From IMG/VR virus record IMGVR_UViG_3300031555_003397: a stretch of DNA of 64,000 bases. The stretch is one strand, 5' to 3'. The stretch comes from a virus (lineage: Duplodnaviria; Heunggongvirae; Uroviricota; Caudoviricetes). The notes beneath the pieces were generated by a model. That model saw nothing but the letters and a program-made list of their open reading frames with translations, was not told the DNA's origin and searched no databases. Made by a program: the position numbers and the translations under genes. Of this stretch, positions 41,433-54,174 are shown piece after piece. How positions within the stretch are numbered: position 1 is the stretch's first letter; each line of letters starts with the position of its first letter.

Positions 41433-42356
41433 TTAAAAGTAAATGTAATCATAATCAATACCAGCAAAACAACTGGGCAAAGTACTTGTGTTGTCAATGG
41501 TTAATATAGCTGTTTTTGTTACAGGAATCTTAAAGAAGAAACCGCTCTTAATATAGCGATTATAAATTTTTCCGCTCTTCTTTCCGTTTTTATAACCTTC
41601 AATCAAATTCAATTTAGTATTGATTCTGATTTGGTCGTCACCATCTTGACTTTCCATACGATTAAAATGAAGCTGATGGTCAGCATCAAGAATAATGCCA
41701 CCATTAGGAATCACACCATTTGCAAAATTAAAAGTAATAATAAAATCAGTTTCTTTCACACCAGGGTTGTATAATCTGATTTCTCTATTATTAGTGATTT
41801 TATCATAATTGCCCTAAGTAGGCAACAAATCAGCGGCCAATTTCCATTCTTCTTTATTAGAATTGACATACTAATCCAAATACTTATGAACACTGCGCGC
41901 ATAGGGGTCATAAGCAGTAAACTGAATATTACCTTCTCCCTTGTAAATTCGATTATGTTCTCCCTCCCCAAATGGGATATGTTTAATCGAAGCAGCACCA
42001 GTTACTTTAGCCTGATATACCTTATAAGGCGCTTCATCAAAAATCAATTCATGTATCTTTTTATCGCCAAAGAGTTCCTTGATTTTAGCAAGGTCATCTT
42101 CTTCCAAAGCGTCAAACGCATAAGAAATATTAAACTATCTTTGCGTATAATAACTTCCAAACAAATACATTCCATCTCCACCAGGCACTTGAACTGTCTT
42201 GTCCTAAATAGTGGGAAGTAGGTTCTCATTGAACCTACTTCCTTCACTTGTACGTTTAATGCCTAGGGTGTCAGAATGAACTCCATTAAAGGTGAATCCA
42301 ATGTAGTCAGAGCTATATTGAGAATCTCCAACTCCATAAATATTCAAATCGCTCAT
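41433..42356 (-). CDS. Distal tail (Dit-like) protein (307 aa, TAG=Gln)
   Basis: YIGFTFNGVHSDTLGI start; LIFDEAPYKVYQAKVTG; position after the tape measure. Confidence 0.8.
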
Positions 42357-42369
42357 TCTAATCCTCCTT

Positions 42370-45300
42370 TTATCTCTTTAAACTTACAGTGTTATTATTA
42401 CGGTAATGAGCATCTTCGTTAATCAAGGATTTGACCTTATTAGCTACTTGCTCCACATCGTAATCACTGTTAATACTTTCTACATTAATGTCAATATCAT
42501 AGATGATATCTCCATTATTTTCAGTAGAGGTGTTGTTGATAGAACCGTTCATTAAGGAAGCTAGAATGTCTTTCAACTGGATAAAGTTTTGAGTGTCGCG
42601 GGCATTTAGAACTAGCTCAGGACGAGCTTTGGTGCCGTCAAGCCATGCAGGACCTGTGAAATCGGCTAAGCCACCTTGTTTGTATTTATAAACTCTATTT
42701 TTAACCTTACCCCACTAACCTTCCCAATATGCAACCGTACTAGTGGGTTCTGGATAATTATAAGTAACTACTTTGCCGTTACCATAAGTAACAACTACCT
42801 ACTTAGGCTTCTTTTCAGTCTGAGTGTCTCCGTTATTCCCAGTATTGGAACTACCTGTTCCATTAGAATTTCCATTGTTAGAAGGTGGTGTGGGAGTTCC
42901 TCCATTGTAATCAGATTCTCCCCATTGACTCTCCCAATAAGCGATAATACTATCAAGATTGGGCGCATTTTTATCATAGGTAACTTTATTACCATTACCA
43001 TAAGTAACAGTAATCGTTCCGCTTCCGCCTGAGCCACCAGAACCTCCGCCTCCACCTGAGCTTCCAGAACCACCAGAACCACCAGAACCGCCACTACTAG
43101 GAGGACCCATAGTACCACCAGAAGCAGGACCCTCAACTGTAGGAGCATCTATCTTTCCGATGATTTCATCCAGCTTCTCGCCAATATCCAAATATGCCAA
43201 AGCTTCAGCAATTAACTGATTAGTATCATTAATCCATTCGACCTTTGCTAAGTCAGACAATCCTTTGAAATTGGCGGCATTTTTCAAAATAGTTTCCAGA
43301 CGAGTGCCACGAATTAAGCCGTTGTCCTTGTCAAGTCCTTCATCCATCAGAGCCTGAACTTCTTGCCAGATTCTACCAGTTTCAATATAATGGTCTAGCT
43401 GAGCCTGTGCCAGAGTGATTTGCTTGTCGCGTTGTTCTGCGGCCGCATCATTTTGGTCTTGTAGTTCAGAAATCTTTTGGTCAATCAAAGTATCAGTGTA
43501 GTCTTCTTGACCTTGTGCAATTTCATCTTGCAATCTCAAAATTTCCATTGCATTCGCGCCGGATGTGTCTTGTTGTAGATACATCAAACGACGTTGCTTT
43601 TCAGCAAGCTCATCTTCAGTGCGCTCATTCTCACGGTCTTGGCGCTGCTTGTCAACAGATTTTTGAATTGCATCTAACAGAGAGGCATTTGTGTCATTAA
43701 TGGAGTTGTTGATTTCAGTCAATGTATCAATCTACTCTTGATAACTCTATGTTAAAGCATCCTTTATCATGTCTTCCAACTCGAAGTACTAGTCTTTGCC
43801 GCGCTCTTTGATTTCATCTACGGCATCTTCAATGTCCCACAGAGCGTCCTCGGCTTCTTGCAAATCATCAAACCATTCCTCAAGCTGACTTACATAGTCT
43901 TCGATACGCTGACCTTGATCTGGGTCTGTTATACCATTAATCAGGTCCCAGTTGATACGCAGGACGTCTTCGCCACGTTCATTTTGAACGACGTTGGCGT
44001 AGCCTGTCAGGTCTGGGTTTTCATTTTGGAATTGCTGGATTTGATATCTACGACCAGAGATAAGTTGCTCTTGCAGCATACGCTCGCGCTCTAGCTGGAC
44101 CAGTTCTTCTGCCGTAACTGCTACGATTTTGTTGGCGCTTACACCAATGTCTTCGAGAAGCTTTTCGTAGCGGCGTTCGATGCGCTCGCGCTGACGAAGC
44201 TCTTCGTCGATTTTGCGGACTAGATTATAGAGTTTGTCGAACGGATTTTCCCACTTGTCTTCTTCCTTCTCAGATGCGTTACCACCTGAGCCGCCTGAAA
44301 TTGGGTTTTTACCCGCACCAACTGGTACTGAAGTTGCATTGCTTTGGAAGGTTCCAGAAGCATGACTAGCATAAGTTGGATTAATTCCATTTTTGAGAAT
44401 CTTTTTTGTGTCTTTGGCGTTGAAAACTTGATCGCCAGGATTCAGACGCTAGAATTCGGGCCCATTCTGACCGGTAATATAAGAATAGCCTTTTTCTTTG
44501 TTCCAAACAATTTCTACTCCTTCTTCACTCAGCAGAGAAATTCCGCCTTTCGCACTTTTAGTACCAGATGCCACAGAAATATATCCTCTATCTGATAAAT
44601 ATTTCTAAGCGGTAGAACTATATCCACTATTTCCTGCTGGGACAGTAACTGTAGTGGTTGTTGTACTTGTTCTATCAACACGACTTCCCCATACTTCATT
44701 AACAACAACTTTCGCATAGCGAGTTGTAGTTAATTTATCAATTGAAGATTGAACTGAATTATAAGCAGTTTCGTCTAATGTTGGCGCGACTTCCAATTCA
44801 CCATAAACCTAAGCCTGAATTTCTGCCTATTCTCTCCATAACTATCTTTGTAGCTCGTTCTGTAATTCAGCATTGATATCTGCTACAGACATATCTGGAG
44901 TAATATCTACTGTAATAGGATGTCCCTAAATTGTTTGAGTAACCTAATCAGCGCCTTCTGCTAACTATTCAATGATTCCATCCCAAGCACCTTCTGGCAC
45001 TTTATATTCTCTCAAATAGTTAAACAAACTATCTAAATTGAGAAGCTAAATATTTTCTCCAATTTGAGTTATTCCGTCAACCTTTTTATAAGCGGCACCT
45101 ACTACTCTTTCCAAGCCACCGTAGCGGCCATCCTCGGCCATGGCTTCGGCGACAGAACTCATAATATCTTCAGTCTTTTTTAACTTTCCACTTTCTTCAT
45201 AAAAATCGGTAACTCTAATCTATGCCTCAGCCAGTTCTGCATTTAATGCTTCTACCTATTCAGTTGTTAAATTCCAAATACTAGCATAAGCATCAATTTC

Positions 45301-48300
45301 ACTTTGGTCAACTACACCGCCTAAAGCTTCAATAAATTCTGTTCTTGCTATTTGCTCGTCAGCTTTAGCAAAATATTCTCTCATATCAGTAGAATAATTG
45401 CTCCACCATGCAAGAGCAGCTTTTGCACCTGCTTCACTCATTCCAGCGGTATTGGCTAAAAAGTCAACGAATTCAACAGAAGAAGAGAAGTTTTGATAAC
45501 CATCTAAAGTTAACATACCTTCAGTTTCCTGCATAGAGAAAGATTTACCATTTTCATCTGTGTAAGTATATCCTTCTTGCAAACTGCCAGTAGCACCCTT
45601 AATAGTATTACCTAAAACGTCTTTGCCTCTTGCTAATCGTTCAAAAACAGCAGACATACTGCCAGTTCCTAATTCCTAAAGAACGGCATTATATTTTTCA
45701 ATAGCACCACGTAAATCATCTGCTGCAGCGTCAACAAAGTCGGTACCAAATAGCTCAGCTAAATAGTCAAAAGTTAACTCATTACCCCAAGCGCCCATCT
45801 CAACGCTTTCTTTAACCTATTCTGCCGCACTATTTACGAAATCTTGAATTTCGCCTTGCCGATCAGTGGTGTCAAAATCTTCAAACTTTGAATGAACACT
45901 AGAAATTATAGATTCAAGACCATCAAAAGCCTTAAAACTAGCCAAAACTGCGTCTGTTAATTGATTAACCTCTAAAGTGCCATCTTCTAACATAGTTAGA
46001 GCTTTGGCCATGCCTTCAGCAGTTATACCAGTTTGTTCCATAATATCATTTAAATAATCACATTCTTCAGCCAACTCGGTAATACCCTTGGCATCGACAC
46101 GGCCGGTTTCTTTAACCATATCAGCAATGTCATCTTTGATTTCACCAAATTCAGCAGTAGTTAGTAAATATTTAAATTGTGCGCTAAGACCTAAGGTACT
46201 TTGATTAATAGCTAGAATGTTATTAACGAAAGTTTTCATGGTATCAGAACCATTTTCAAATGCTCTCGTTAGCTATCCAACTGCTTGAATAGGATTGTTA
46301 AAATTGATGCTATTTATTACTTCAGAAATTTCTTTTTGATTAGCAAAGAAATGTTCGCTTAATCCCTCTTGCAACATAGTATTAAGTGCGGTTAATCCAC
46401 CTTCACCTAAACCTTGCTACAAAGCTGAAGCAACTTCGTTTAAGTAAGTAGCATTTTCAAAGGTAAGCTTATTCGCATATTGCAAAGCAGCGTCTCTCTA
46501 CAATCCGCCTTCAGCAAGTTTGCCAGCCACATCTTGAACTAGCTAAACTCTCATTTTAGCAAATTTATTTAAGGATACAGTAAGCTAAGTTTTTATATTT
46601 TCAGCATCCGTATCTAAAATCTCAGCTAAAGCATCTATATCAAATTCACCCAAGATTTTTTCTACAGAAAGCTTTCCAGAATCTCCGCCCATCTGTAGAA
46701 TTTTATCAATGATATTTCCATCATTGGTTTCGCCAGCTAGCAAAGCTTTAAAAGTATCAGAATTGTCTGGATTAGCTTTGAAATACTATTCTATTCCAGC
46801 TTCTAAGTCTTTAGCCTGATTAGCGTAAGTAGACCGCGCACGCTCTGTCGCTATAGCATTTATTACTTTTTCTCTATCAACTTCTCCATCGGTCATATAA
46901 GAATCAGCAACTAAGCTAAAATCAATACCAAAGACTTCTTTATACATTTCTTGTAATTGTTCTAAGTTTTTATCTTTAATAAGGTCGACTTCGGACTAAA
47001 CTTCATCGCCAACAGCAATTTTATCTGCTATTATTTTTGCAATAACACTTTCAGTTCCTTCGTCTGAAATAATGCTGTTATCAACGATATCTCGAGCCAT
47101 CTAATTATTCAAAGAATCTACATTGTATCGTGATTCTTCCAATCTGCTAAAATAGCTCTATCCTTCTGCAGATTGAGTCCATTTTTCAGTAATAAAGCTG
47201 CTAAACTATTGTAAAGTTTCTTCTGGAATGTTAAATTGATTTGCATAGGCGGCCAGACCTCCCTCTAAGTTGCCAGCTTCCTAAAGACGAAGCGCCAAAA
47301 TAGAAGAGCCATAATCCAAACCTATAGCTCCATAGCTAAAAAACTCAAATATCTTATCTAAATCTTCGACTGAATGGTTGCTTTCATTACTAATCCAATT
47401 AGTAAAATCAATGCTAATTTCTTGCTATTTCTCTTTATATCTTAATTGAGCCTCACTGGCTCTAGCTGCAATTGTAGCTGTTTGTGTTTTTACAGTTCCA
47501 GACTCCAAGTCAGCCAGGTATTGTTGGTAGCCCCTCTCATCGAAAGAAAGCACACCATTAGTCATTCTCAAATATTTCTACAAGCCGGGATATGCTTCTA
47601 TCATAGCTAAAACTTGATTATTGGCGTCTATTAAAGCTCTTGTATATTCTTCAGTACCCTCAGTTAATTCAGCCAATCTCTCCTGAGTATCTGTATAGCT
47701 ATTGCCCATATTGAATAAATTCATATAGGCTTCTCGCGCATCATTAGCCGCAGATTCAGCAGCTCTAGTTTGTTCTTCTGCTGCTTCAATCTAACCTTCA
47801 ATAGATTTTGCATGGCTAATATCACTAGTTATTTTATAAATGGCATAACCAAGAGCTAGTATTGCCGTCGCGATAGCAAAATATGGATTAGACAAGCCTA
47901 CCATATTTAGGAATTGAATTGCAACTGCTGCTGTAGATGCGGCAGTAGCAACAGTTTCTAGGCTATTAGTCCATTGCTTATTCCATCCAGCTTGTTTACC
48001 AACTTCCGCCGTTAATTTTGCAACAAGACCAATCATGGCGCTAATACCAGAAGTCCAATTACCTATCTTATTAGCCTTCATCTTTTCCCAAGTTTCTGTT
48101 GCTGCTTTTCCTAAATTCGTATACTCCATACCCAAAGCTTGTAGAGTAGAAGTATCATTTTTAGGATTTAAACCAATGGTCAAGGCACCTAGGAAGGATT
48201 TACCTAGCTTCATTGCGCCGAAAGCAGCGCCTAATTTTAATATCGCACTAATGCCATTGCCCAAAGCGCCAGTTAGGTCATTAACAATATTTAATAAGCC

Positions 48301-50892
48301 AGTTAGCATATCAACCGCAATTTTAATAGCTTGGTTATTAGCCAAACCCATAGTAAATGTATCCCAAGCATTTTGTAATTTCTGTAACTTGGCGTCTAAA
48401 CTTTCTAGTGTTTTACCAAATTGCTCAGAACTTGCTCCAGCGCTATTATTAGCAGCCTCAACAAGTTCCATGGTACGGTCATAATTACTCATCATAGCAA
48501 TAAAACGGGACTGTTGACGAGAACCAGCCGCAGTAGTAGCAATATAACGCTAAGTTGCTAGGTCAAGACTATTCCATTTAGAAGCTAGTTCTAAGAAAAT
48601 ATCATCAATACCTTTAGTGCCATTTAAGAAGTCTTTTAGAGAAATACCAACAGTCTTTAAAGCAGCATCAATCTTATTGATATTAATCTCTTCGCCTTCA
48701 CCGTCTTCACCAGTTAGCATACCTTCACTAAATAATTGCTTAACCTCAGTAAAACGAGCAATAATAGTCTTCATTGCAGTACCAGCAGTTTCTGGTGCTT
48801 CCTGAGTGGTTTCAATAATTTGTGCTAGTAAAGCCGCAGTAGTCTCAAATTCCATGTTAGCAGATGCTGCAATGGAAGCAGTCTTGGACATAGCAGTTGC
48901 AATTTGCTCTGTGTCAGAAGCAGTAATAGCTGCCAGCTCAGAATAAACATCGTTAATACGAGTTGCACTAGTTTCATTGATTTCCATGTTGAAACCACGC
49001 AATGCTGCAGTCATAGCCTCAGTTGCTGCCGCAGCATCCATATTGGCAATTCGCGCCATCTTCATGGTTTCAATACCAACGCCCATAGCTGCTTCGGTTT
49101 TCAAGCCCTGCTGATAGTAAAGTGTGGTTGCTTCATATAAACTCTTAATAGAAGTACCCAACTAAGTAGCCTATTCAGAATACTCTGGTAGTTTATCCCA
49201 CATATCTCCAACAGAGAAATCGGTAACTACCGCAGTTTCAGTCATAGCTGCATCAAGTTCTTTAACAGTTTCAAAAGCATCACGAATGGCATTTTTGAAA
49301 ATCTGAATGGCATTACTTAAAGAGAAGAAATCAAGAACCTAGTTCTTCAATCTCTCCATGTCCTATTCTGCGCGATTAAGCTCTTTAAATTCTTCAGAAA
49401 GCCCATTTATCGCTTGCTTAGTACCCTAAGCAGGAGCAATAACTTTTTGCAGTTCCGCCGCAAGTCTCTTCATAGTTTCAGGAGATTTCTAAATCTCTCC
49501 CATCTTATATTGCTCAAGTATGGAAGTTACTTTAGACATATCTCCTTGGAATCCAGATAGGTCAACGCCAGTAAATTCCTTTACTACTCGGACTATCTCT
49601 TCCCATTCTGTTTTGGAGCCATCTAATTCTAATTGTTCTAATTCGGCGTCAAAACGCTGCACTTCTGTGGTAGCAGTACTAAGCGCTGTTCGATAAGTTT
49701 CAACCTTAGTTTTCTAATCTTCTAGCGCACTTTCAGTTCTATCCAAACTTGCCTTGTATCTCTCATGCTCTTGGGTGCTAGTCTATAAAGCATCTCTTTG
49801 CTTTTCTAAGGCTTCTTTCTATTTGGTAATAGCGTCTACCTAAGATTTGCTATTTTCGGCTTCCTAAGACTTTTTCTATAAATCAGCTTTTGTTTGTTGA
49901 GCAGTCTATAGGTCCTTTTCTGCCTGCTCTACCTAAGTAATAGCTTCAAGGGTCTTTTTGTGAGCTTCAGCATAACGATTTTCAGCTTCTACTTTTGCAG
50001 CACCGGCCTCTTTTACTTCCTTACTGTTTTCGCCATGCTTATTCTTTGCTTTAGTGACTTTTCCGCGTGCTACAGACTAAGCCTTTTTAGCTGCTTCTTC
50101 TTCAGCTTCAGCCGCCTTTTTAGCTTCATCTGCGACTCTTTTTGCTTCCTTAAGTCTAGCAATTTCAGCGTCTACTTTTGGAAATGCTTTAGAATGTCTA
50201 TCAGTTATTTCGCCCTTTTGGGTCACAACTCCTTGCTGAGCAAGTTGCTTTTGAACTTCTTTTTGCTATTCAAGCGCAGCAGTCTACTAATTTATTTTGG
50301 TAGTTAATTCAGCAATCTCACTTTGCTATGCAGCATATTCCGTTGCACGGTTTTTATCCCAGGCCGCCTTCTTTGAATCATATTCTACCTACAAATCTCT
50401 TAGTCTTTTTTCTTCTCTGGCTAAATTAGCTTGAGCCTAATTACGCTTGGTTACTGCTTCGCTTTGACCTGCCTACTTATCTTTGAACTCTTGAGTTTCT
50501 CTAATAGCAGCCACTTTTTGCTGATATGCAGTCATAGCTTTATTGGCTTTTTCAATATTAGTGGTTACAGACTTGGGGAAAATTTTATCGCCTGCCAGTC
50601 CTAAATCCTTAATCTAAACACCAATGGTATCTAAAATAGTAGTAACTCTTTTCCAAGAAGTTTCTAATTTGCGAGTATCATTTAAAGAACTAACTCCGCC
50701 AGCCAATAAAGCTTCAAATTCTTGCACTTCTCTGTTTAAATTATTTAAACTATGCTCAAATCCCTTAGTCGCGCCAGCAGGAATCTAAAGTTTTCCTAAT
50801 TCATTTTTTAGATTAGCTATAATTGTTTTTACATTGCCAACATCAGTTGAAACCTTAGCCTAAAACTCCAAGTTTATCTTTTTGTCAGCCAT
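42370..50892 (-). CDS. Tape measure protein (2840 aa, many TAG=Gln)
   Basis: All long fragments (42370-49161) are in one frame with ATG 50892; TP901-type core ELDAAMTETAVVT...YQQG; coiled coils. Confidence 0.9.
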
Positions 50893-50919
50893 TCACTACA
50901 CCTCACATAAACAAAAAAT

Positions 50920-50947
50920 CAGTATTAGCCCACAAGAGCTAATACTG
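50920..50947 (-). terminator. Rho-independent terminator directly upstream of the tape measure gene
   Basis: CAGTATTAGC-8nt-GCTAATACTG, followed on the minus strand by ATTTTTTG. Confidence 0.8.
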
Positions 50948-50953
50948 ACTTAC

Positions 50954-51748
50954 TTACATATCTGCATCTATATCATCGTTTAGAAAAAGCAATTCCATAA
51001 TCTTTTTGCTTCCTTTTCCACCCACAGGTAAACCAATGGCATTGAAATTCGCCAATACCGGAGTAGCCTCACGTCCTAGACGCATTGTTAAATCAGATAC
51101 TAACTTTAATCGTGGGATTCGTAAAATCGCAGTGCGAGTTTTACCAGTTATATCATCTTTTACTCTTGATTTACCTTCAAGTTGAAGATAACCCTCAATC
51201 AGTTTGCGGCCAAGATAACAAGAAGTTCCTCCATTTTGATAACAATAATCAAAATCAACTTCTATATCTGTGAAAGGTCGCTCAACCATAATTTTGCCTT
51301 TTTCCAAATCAATTGCTGTTGGAATAATTCTCTCAAAAGTTTTTGCATCATATACAAAAACATTTGAAATGTTAGTCTTACCCACTTCAATTAAACCATG
51401 TTCATTAGTTTCACCTTTAAAATGAACTGGTACTAATATACATTCTTCTGGATGCTAATATACAAGGCGCGAATTGCACAATAGTGCAAACTAACGAGCA
51501 GAAAAAATTCCTTGGGTAAAATTTAATTGAATTTCTTTTGGGTCCTCCCAAATCACATGAGCGCGATTATCATAACCACCATTGGCGCTAACTCTTGAAG
51601 TAATTTCTTTGAAGTTAGCAATTTGAATTTTATCAAATCGCGCCACAACCTCACCTGGCTCGAATTTTCGACCAGCCATTTCTATAGGATAAGTAGCTTT
51701 TAAGGTGATGTCAGTCAACTCTTTTAAGCCAAACTCATTATTATCCAT
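50954..51748 (-). CDS. Second (minor) tail-tube paralog (264 aa, 2 TAG=Gln)
   Basis: Track ORFs 51491-51748 and 50954-51385 join; aligns by eye to the major tail protein at both ends. Confidence 0.7.
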
Positions 51749-52425
51749 TACAAACTCTCTCCTTCAAAACGATAAGTAATACCTTTATATGGGCGTCTCC
51801 GTTCTCGGCAGCATCTTCCGATAGAATTTTTACCTTTGCCTTCATCGCGTTCTGCCTCAGAAGCTGATTCCCACCTCTTTAAAATATTACCATTTTTATC
51901 TATTTTTACTACTGGTTGATTATATTTTTTTTCTTTTAAAATGCCCATATCCTATATATGACGCTTAATTGTTCCTTTTGATATACCAGTATATTCAGAA
52001 ATATTCTTTAAAGTTAAACCAGATTCATATAATTGACGTATTTTTTCTTCGTCTAAATCAGAACGCCAATTAAAATGCTAAGAACCCGTAGCGCATACCT
52101 TAGATTCTTTAGAAAAACAAGAATCTGATTCTCCACCCGAGCGAATGTTATAACCTAATGGCGCCAAGGTTCTATATTGAATTATATATTTTTGCTCTAA
52201 TATATTTAATTTTTCTTTTAGTTCTTGTTTAGTTTGTGCCTCTATCTACTCTAAAATTTCACAAGTAAAATTTTCAAAACCATATTTTAAAATTGCTTGA
52301 TAAAAAACTGGGCATTTTTTATATCCTTCTCCAGTATATTTAGCTCTTTGTTCAACCGTTTTTATTGTTTGTCCTATATATGATTTCCCACTAGGACTTG
52401 TGTATTTATAAATAAAACCAATCAT
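51748..52425 (-). mobile_element. Free-standing GIY-YIG homing endonuclease with C-terminal HTH/NUMOD1 domain (3 TAG=Gln)
   Basis: MIGFIYKYTSPSGKSYIGQT...LAPLGYN; C-terminus RWESASEAER...SIGRCC; track shows only the last 66 aa. Confidence 0.85.
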
Positions 52426-52504
52426 TCTCTCACCTCTATATTTAAGTAAAAAGAATAAATTATAAATATAAAACTTTCATACCAAATTTCTCCTTAAAAA
52501 GAAA

Positions 52505-52530
52505 AGGAGGATGACACCTGCCATCCTCCT
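52505..52530 (-). terminator. Terminator after the major tail gene
   Basis: AGGAGGATG-8nt-CATCCTCCT, followed on the minus strand by TTTCTTTT. Confidence 0.8.
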
Positions 52531-52547
52531 AAATTCTTATTTACTTA

Positions 52548-53408
52548 TTAGCCAGCAGCTACTTCAGTCAAAACGTGGTTGTGAACCAACTTAGCAGCTG
52601 CATCAGTAGCAACATCATCGCCACCACTTAGCTCATACTTAATCAGCTTCATCATAATACCGTCAGCAGGACGCAAAACCTTCAAACTCATATTAAAGAC
52701 AGAAGGATCGCCTTCAGCCTCTAGAGTGATAGTATTCTCAGAAGTAACCTTAGCCTTAGGAATGATGAACTGGAACATTTCGTCGTTACCAGAAGCTTCG
52801 GAACGAGCGAAAGTATCACCAACAACATAATAGGTGCCAGGGAAACTGTTACCAGAAACTTCGATAACTGCACCAGTAGCCTTCAAGTCAAAAGTGCATA
52901 GATATCTCTGACCAACTTCCATTGCAGTTGCTGCAATAGCAGTGCCCTTTGCATCATAATACTTTGCATTTAGCATTTCATACTTCTTGCCGTCAGGACC
53001 AATCCACCAAGACTTACCATCTGCATCAGCGTTAGGGTCCTTACCCTTCTCAGTAGGAACAATCTGAATAGTTTTCATAATGAAGTCAGCATTAGCGTCG
53101 GTTTCAGTATTTTTGCTAGAATCAAAATCCTTAACAGTACCATTACCGAACATAATAGCCATGGACTTAGCAGAGAACAGAGCGTCTTCCAGAGTGACGT
53201 TGATTTCCTTACCGTAGTCCCAAGCGATTAGAGCAGCGTTACCCTTACCACCGCGAGCTTCGGCTTCTTCAGCAGTCTGCTCAATGGTAGAAACTTTCAA
53301 GGTATCCAGGTATAGAACTGGATGAGTAGGCATACCAGTGTTGCTTAGCTCGTAGAAGGTTACGTCAGCAACTTCCTTAATGCCATATCTATCAAGAATA
53401 TTAGCCAT
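52548..53408 (-). CDS. Major tail tube protein
   Basis: 286 aa, strong codon bias, followed by a terminator, upstream of the tape measure. Confidence 0.8.
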   Translation of the reverse strand: MANILDRYGIKEVADVTFYELSNTGMPTHPVLYLDTLKVSTIEQTAEEAEARGGKGNAALIAWDYGKEINVTLEDALFSAKSMAIMFGNGTVKDFDSSKNTETDANADFIMKTIQIVPTEKGKDPNADADGKSWWIGPDGKKYEMLNAKYYDAKGTAIAATAMEVGQRYLCTFDLKATGAVIEVSGNSFPGTYYVVGDTFARSEASGNDEMFQFIIPKAKVTSENTITLEAEGDPSVFNMSLKVLRPADGIMMKLIKYELSGGDDVATDAAAKLVHNHVLTEVAAG

Positions 53409-53424
53409 TTAAAAGCCTCCTATT

Positions 53425-54174
53425 TTATTCTTCCAAATTTCTAATCCAATATTTGGGTTTAATCTTTTTTGAGTCTGCGCCAGCAAGTAAACTATCAATA
53501 TCAATCTCATACTTTTCTTTAGTCTGATATTGATTCAAAATAGCCTACATGGACACATAACTTATCTCTCCGATATTAAGTGGAGTCAATCCAATGCCCA
53601 TACAGCAAATTGAAGCCATTGTACTAAAAAGTGTAATTCCAGTTTTAGCTGCTTGTTTAGCTTTAATCTTATCTCTGTAACGAGCTTTAGCTTTCATTGC
53701 TTTAATTCTAGGATGTTCATTCGGATTAGGCGGCTCAACTGGTTTCTAATCAGTAGCTAAACGAATTAGATTCTAAAAATCAAAGAACTCAGCTTCGGAT
53801 ATTACAACTAAGTCATTTAAGGATCGAATGTTTTTAAGAACATCTTCTATCTTACCAATTAAAATAAGTTTTTTATCATACAAAAAGTCAACATCTGTTT
53901 TTAAGAAAAACTTAAAAGCTTCTTTGCAAATTCTTTCATAATCTGCATTATGGTAACAATTATTCAATAAAAACTCAATTGGAGTTGGAAAGCTAGACAA
54001 ATCCTTTTTCTCTTTAACAAAAATATCTTCTATTTCTTCTTGAGAGTAAGTCAATACTCTTAAATAATTTCCATATCCCTAGTTTGTTATAACTTCTTTC
54101 AATGTTGGCGGATATATCTAAACACCAGTTTTGAATTGGACCGGCGCGCCAATAAAAAATAATTCTTTACTCAT
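53425..54174 (-). CDS. Tail assembly chaperone-like protein (249 aa, TAG=Gln)
   Basis: Frame extended across TAGs from MSKELFFIGAP to KYWIRNLEE; function inferred from context. Confidence 0.6.

Noticed and set aside
43020-43110. Short DNA repeats (ccagaacca...) as a repeat array
   Set aside because: They encode a GGSGG linker of the tape measure protein.
31061-50892. Fragmented ORFs read as pseudogenes, frameshifts or a decayed prophage
   Set aside because: All fragments of each gene share one frame and break only at TAG; essential genes are intact under table 15.
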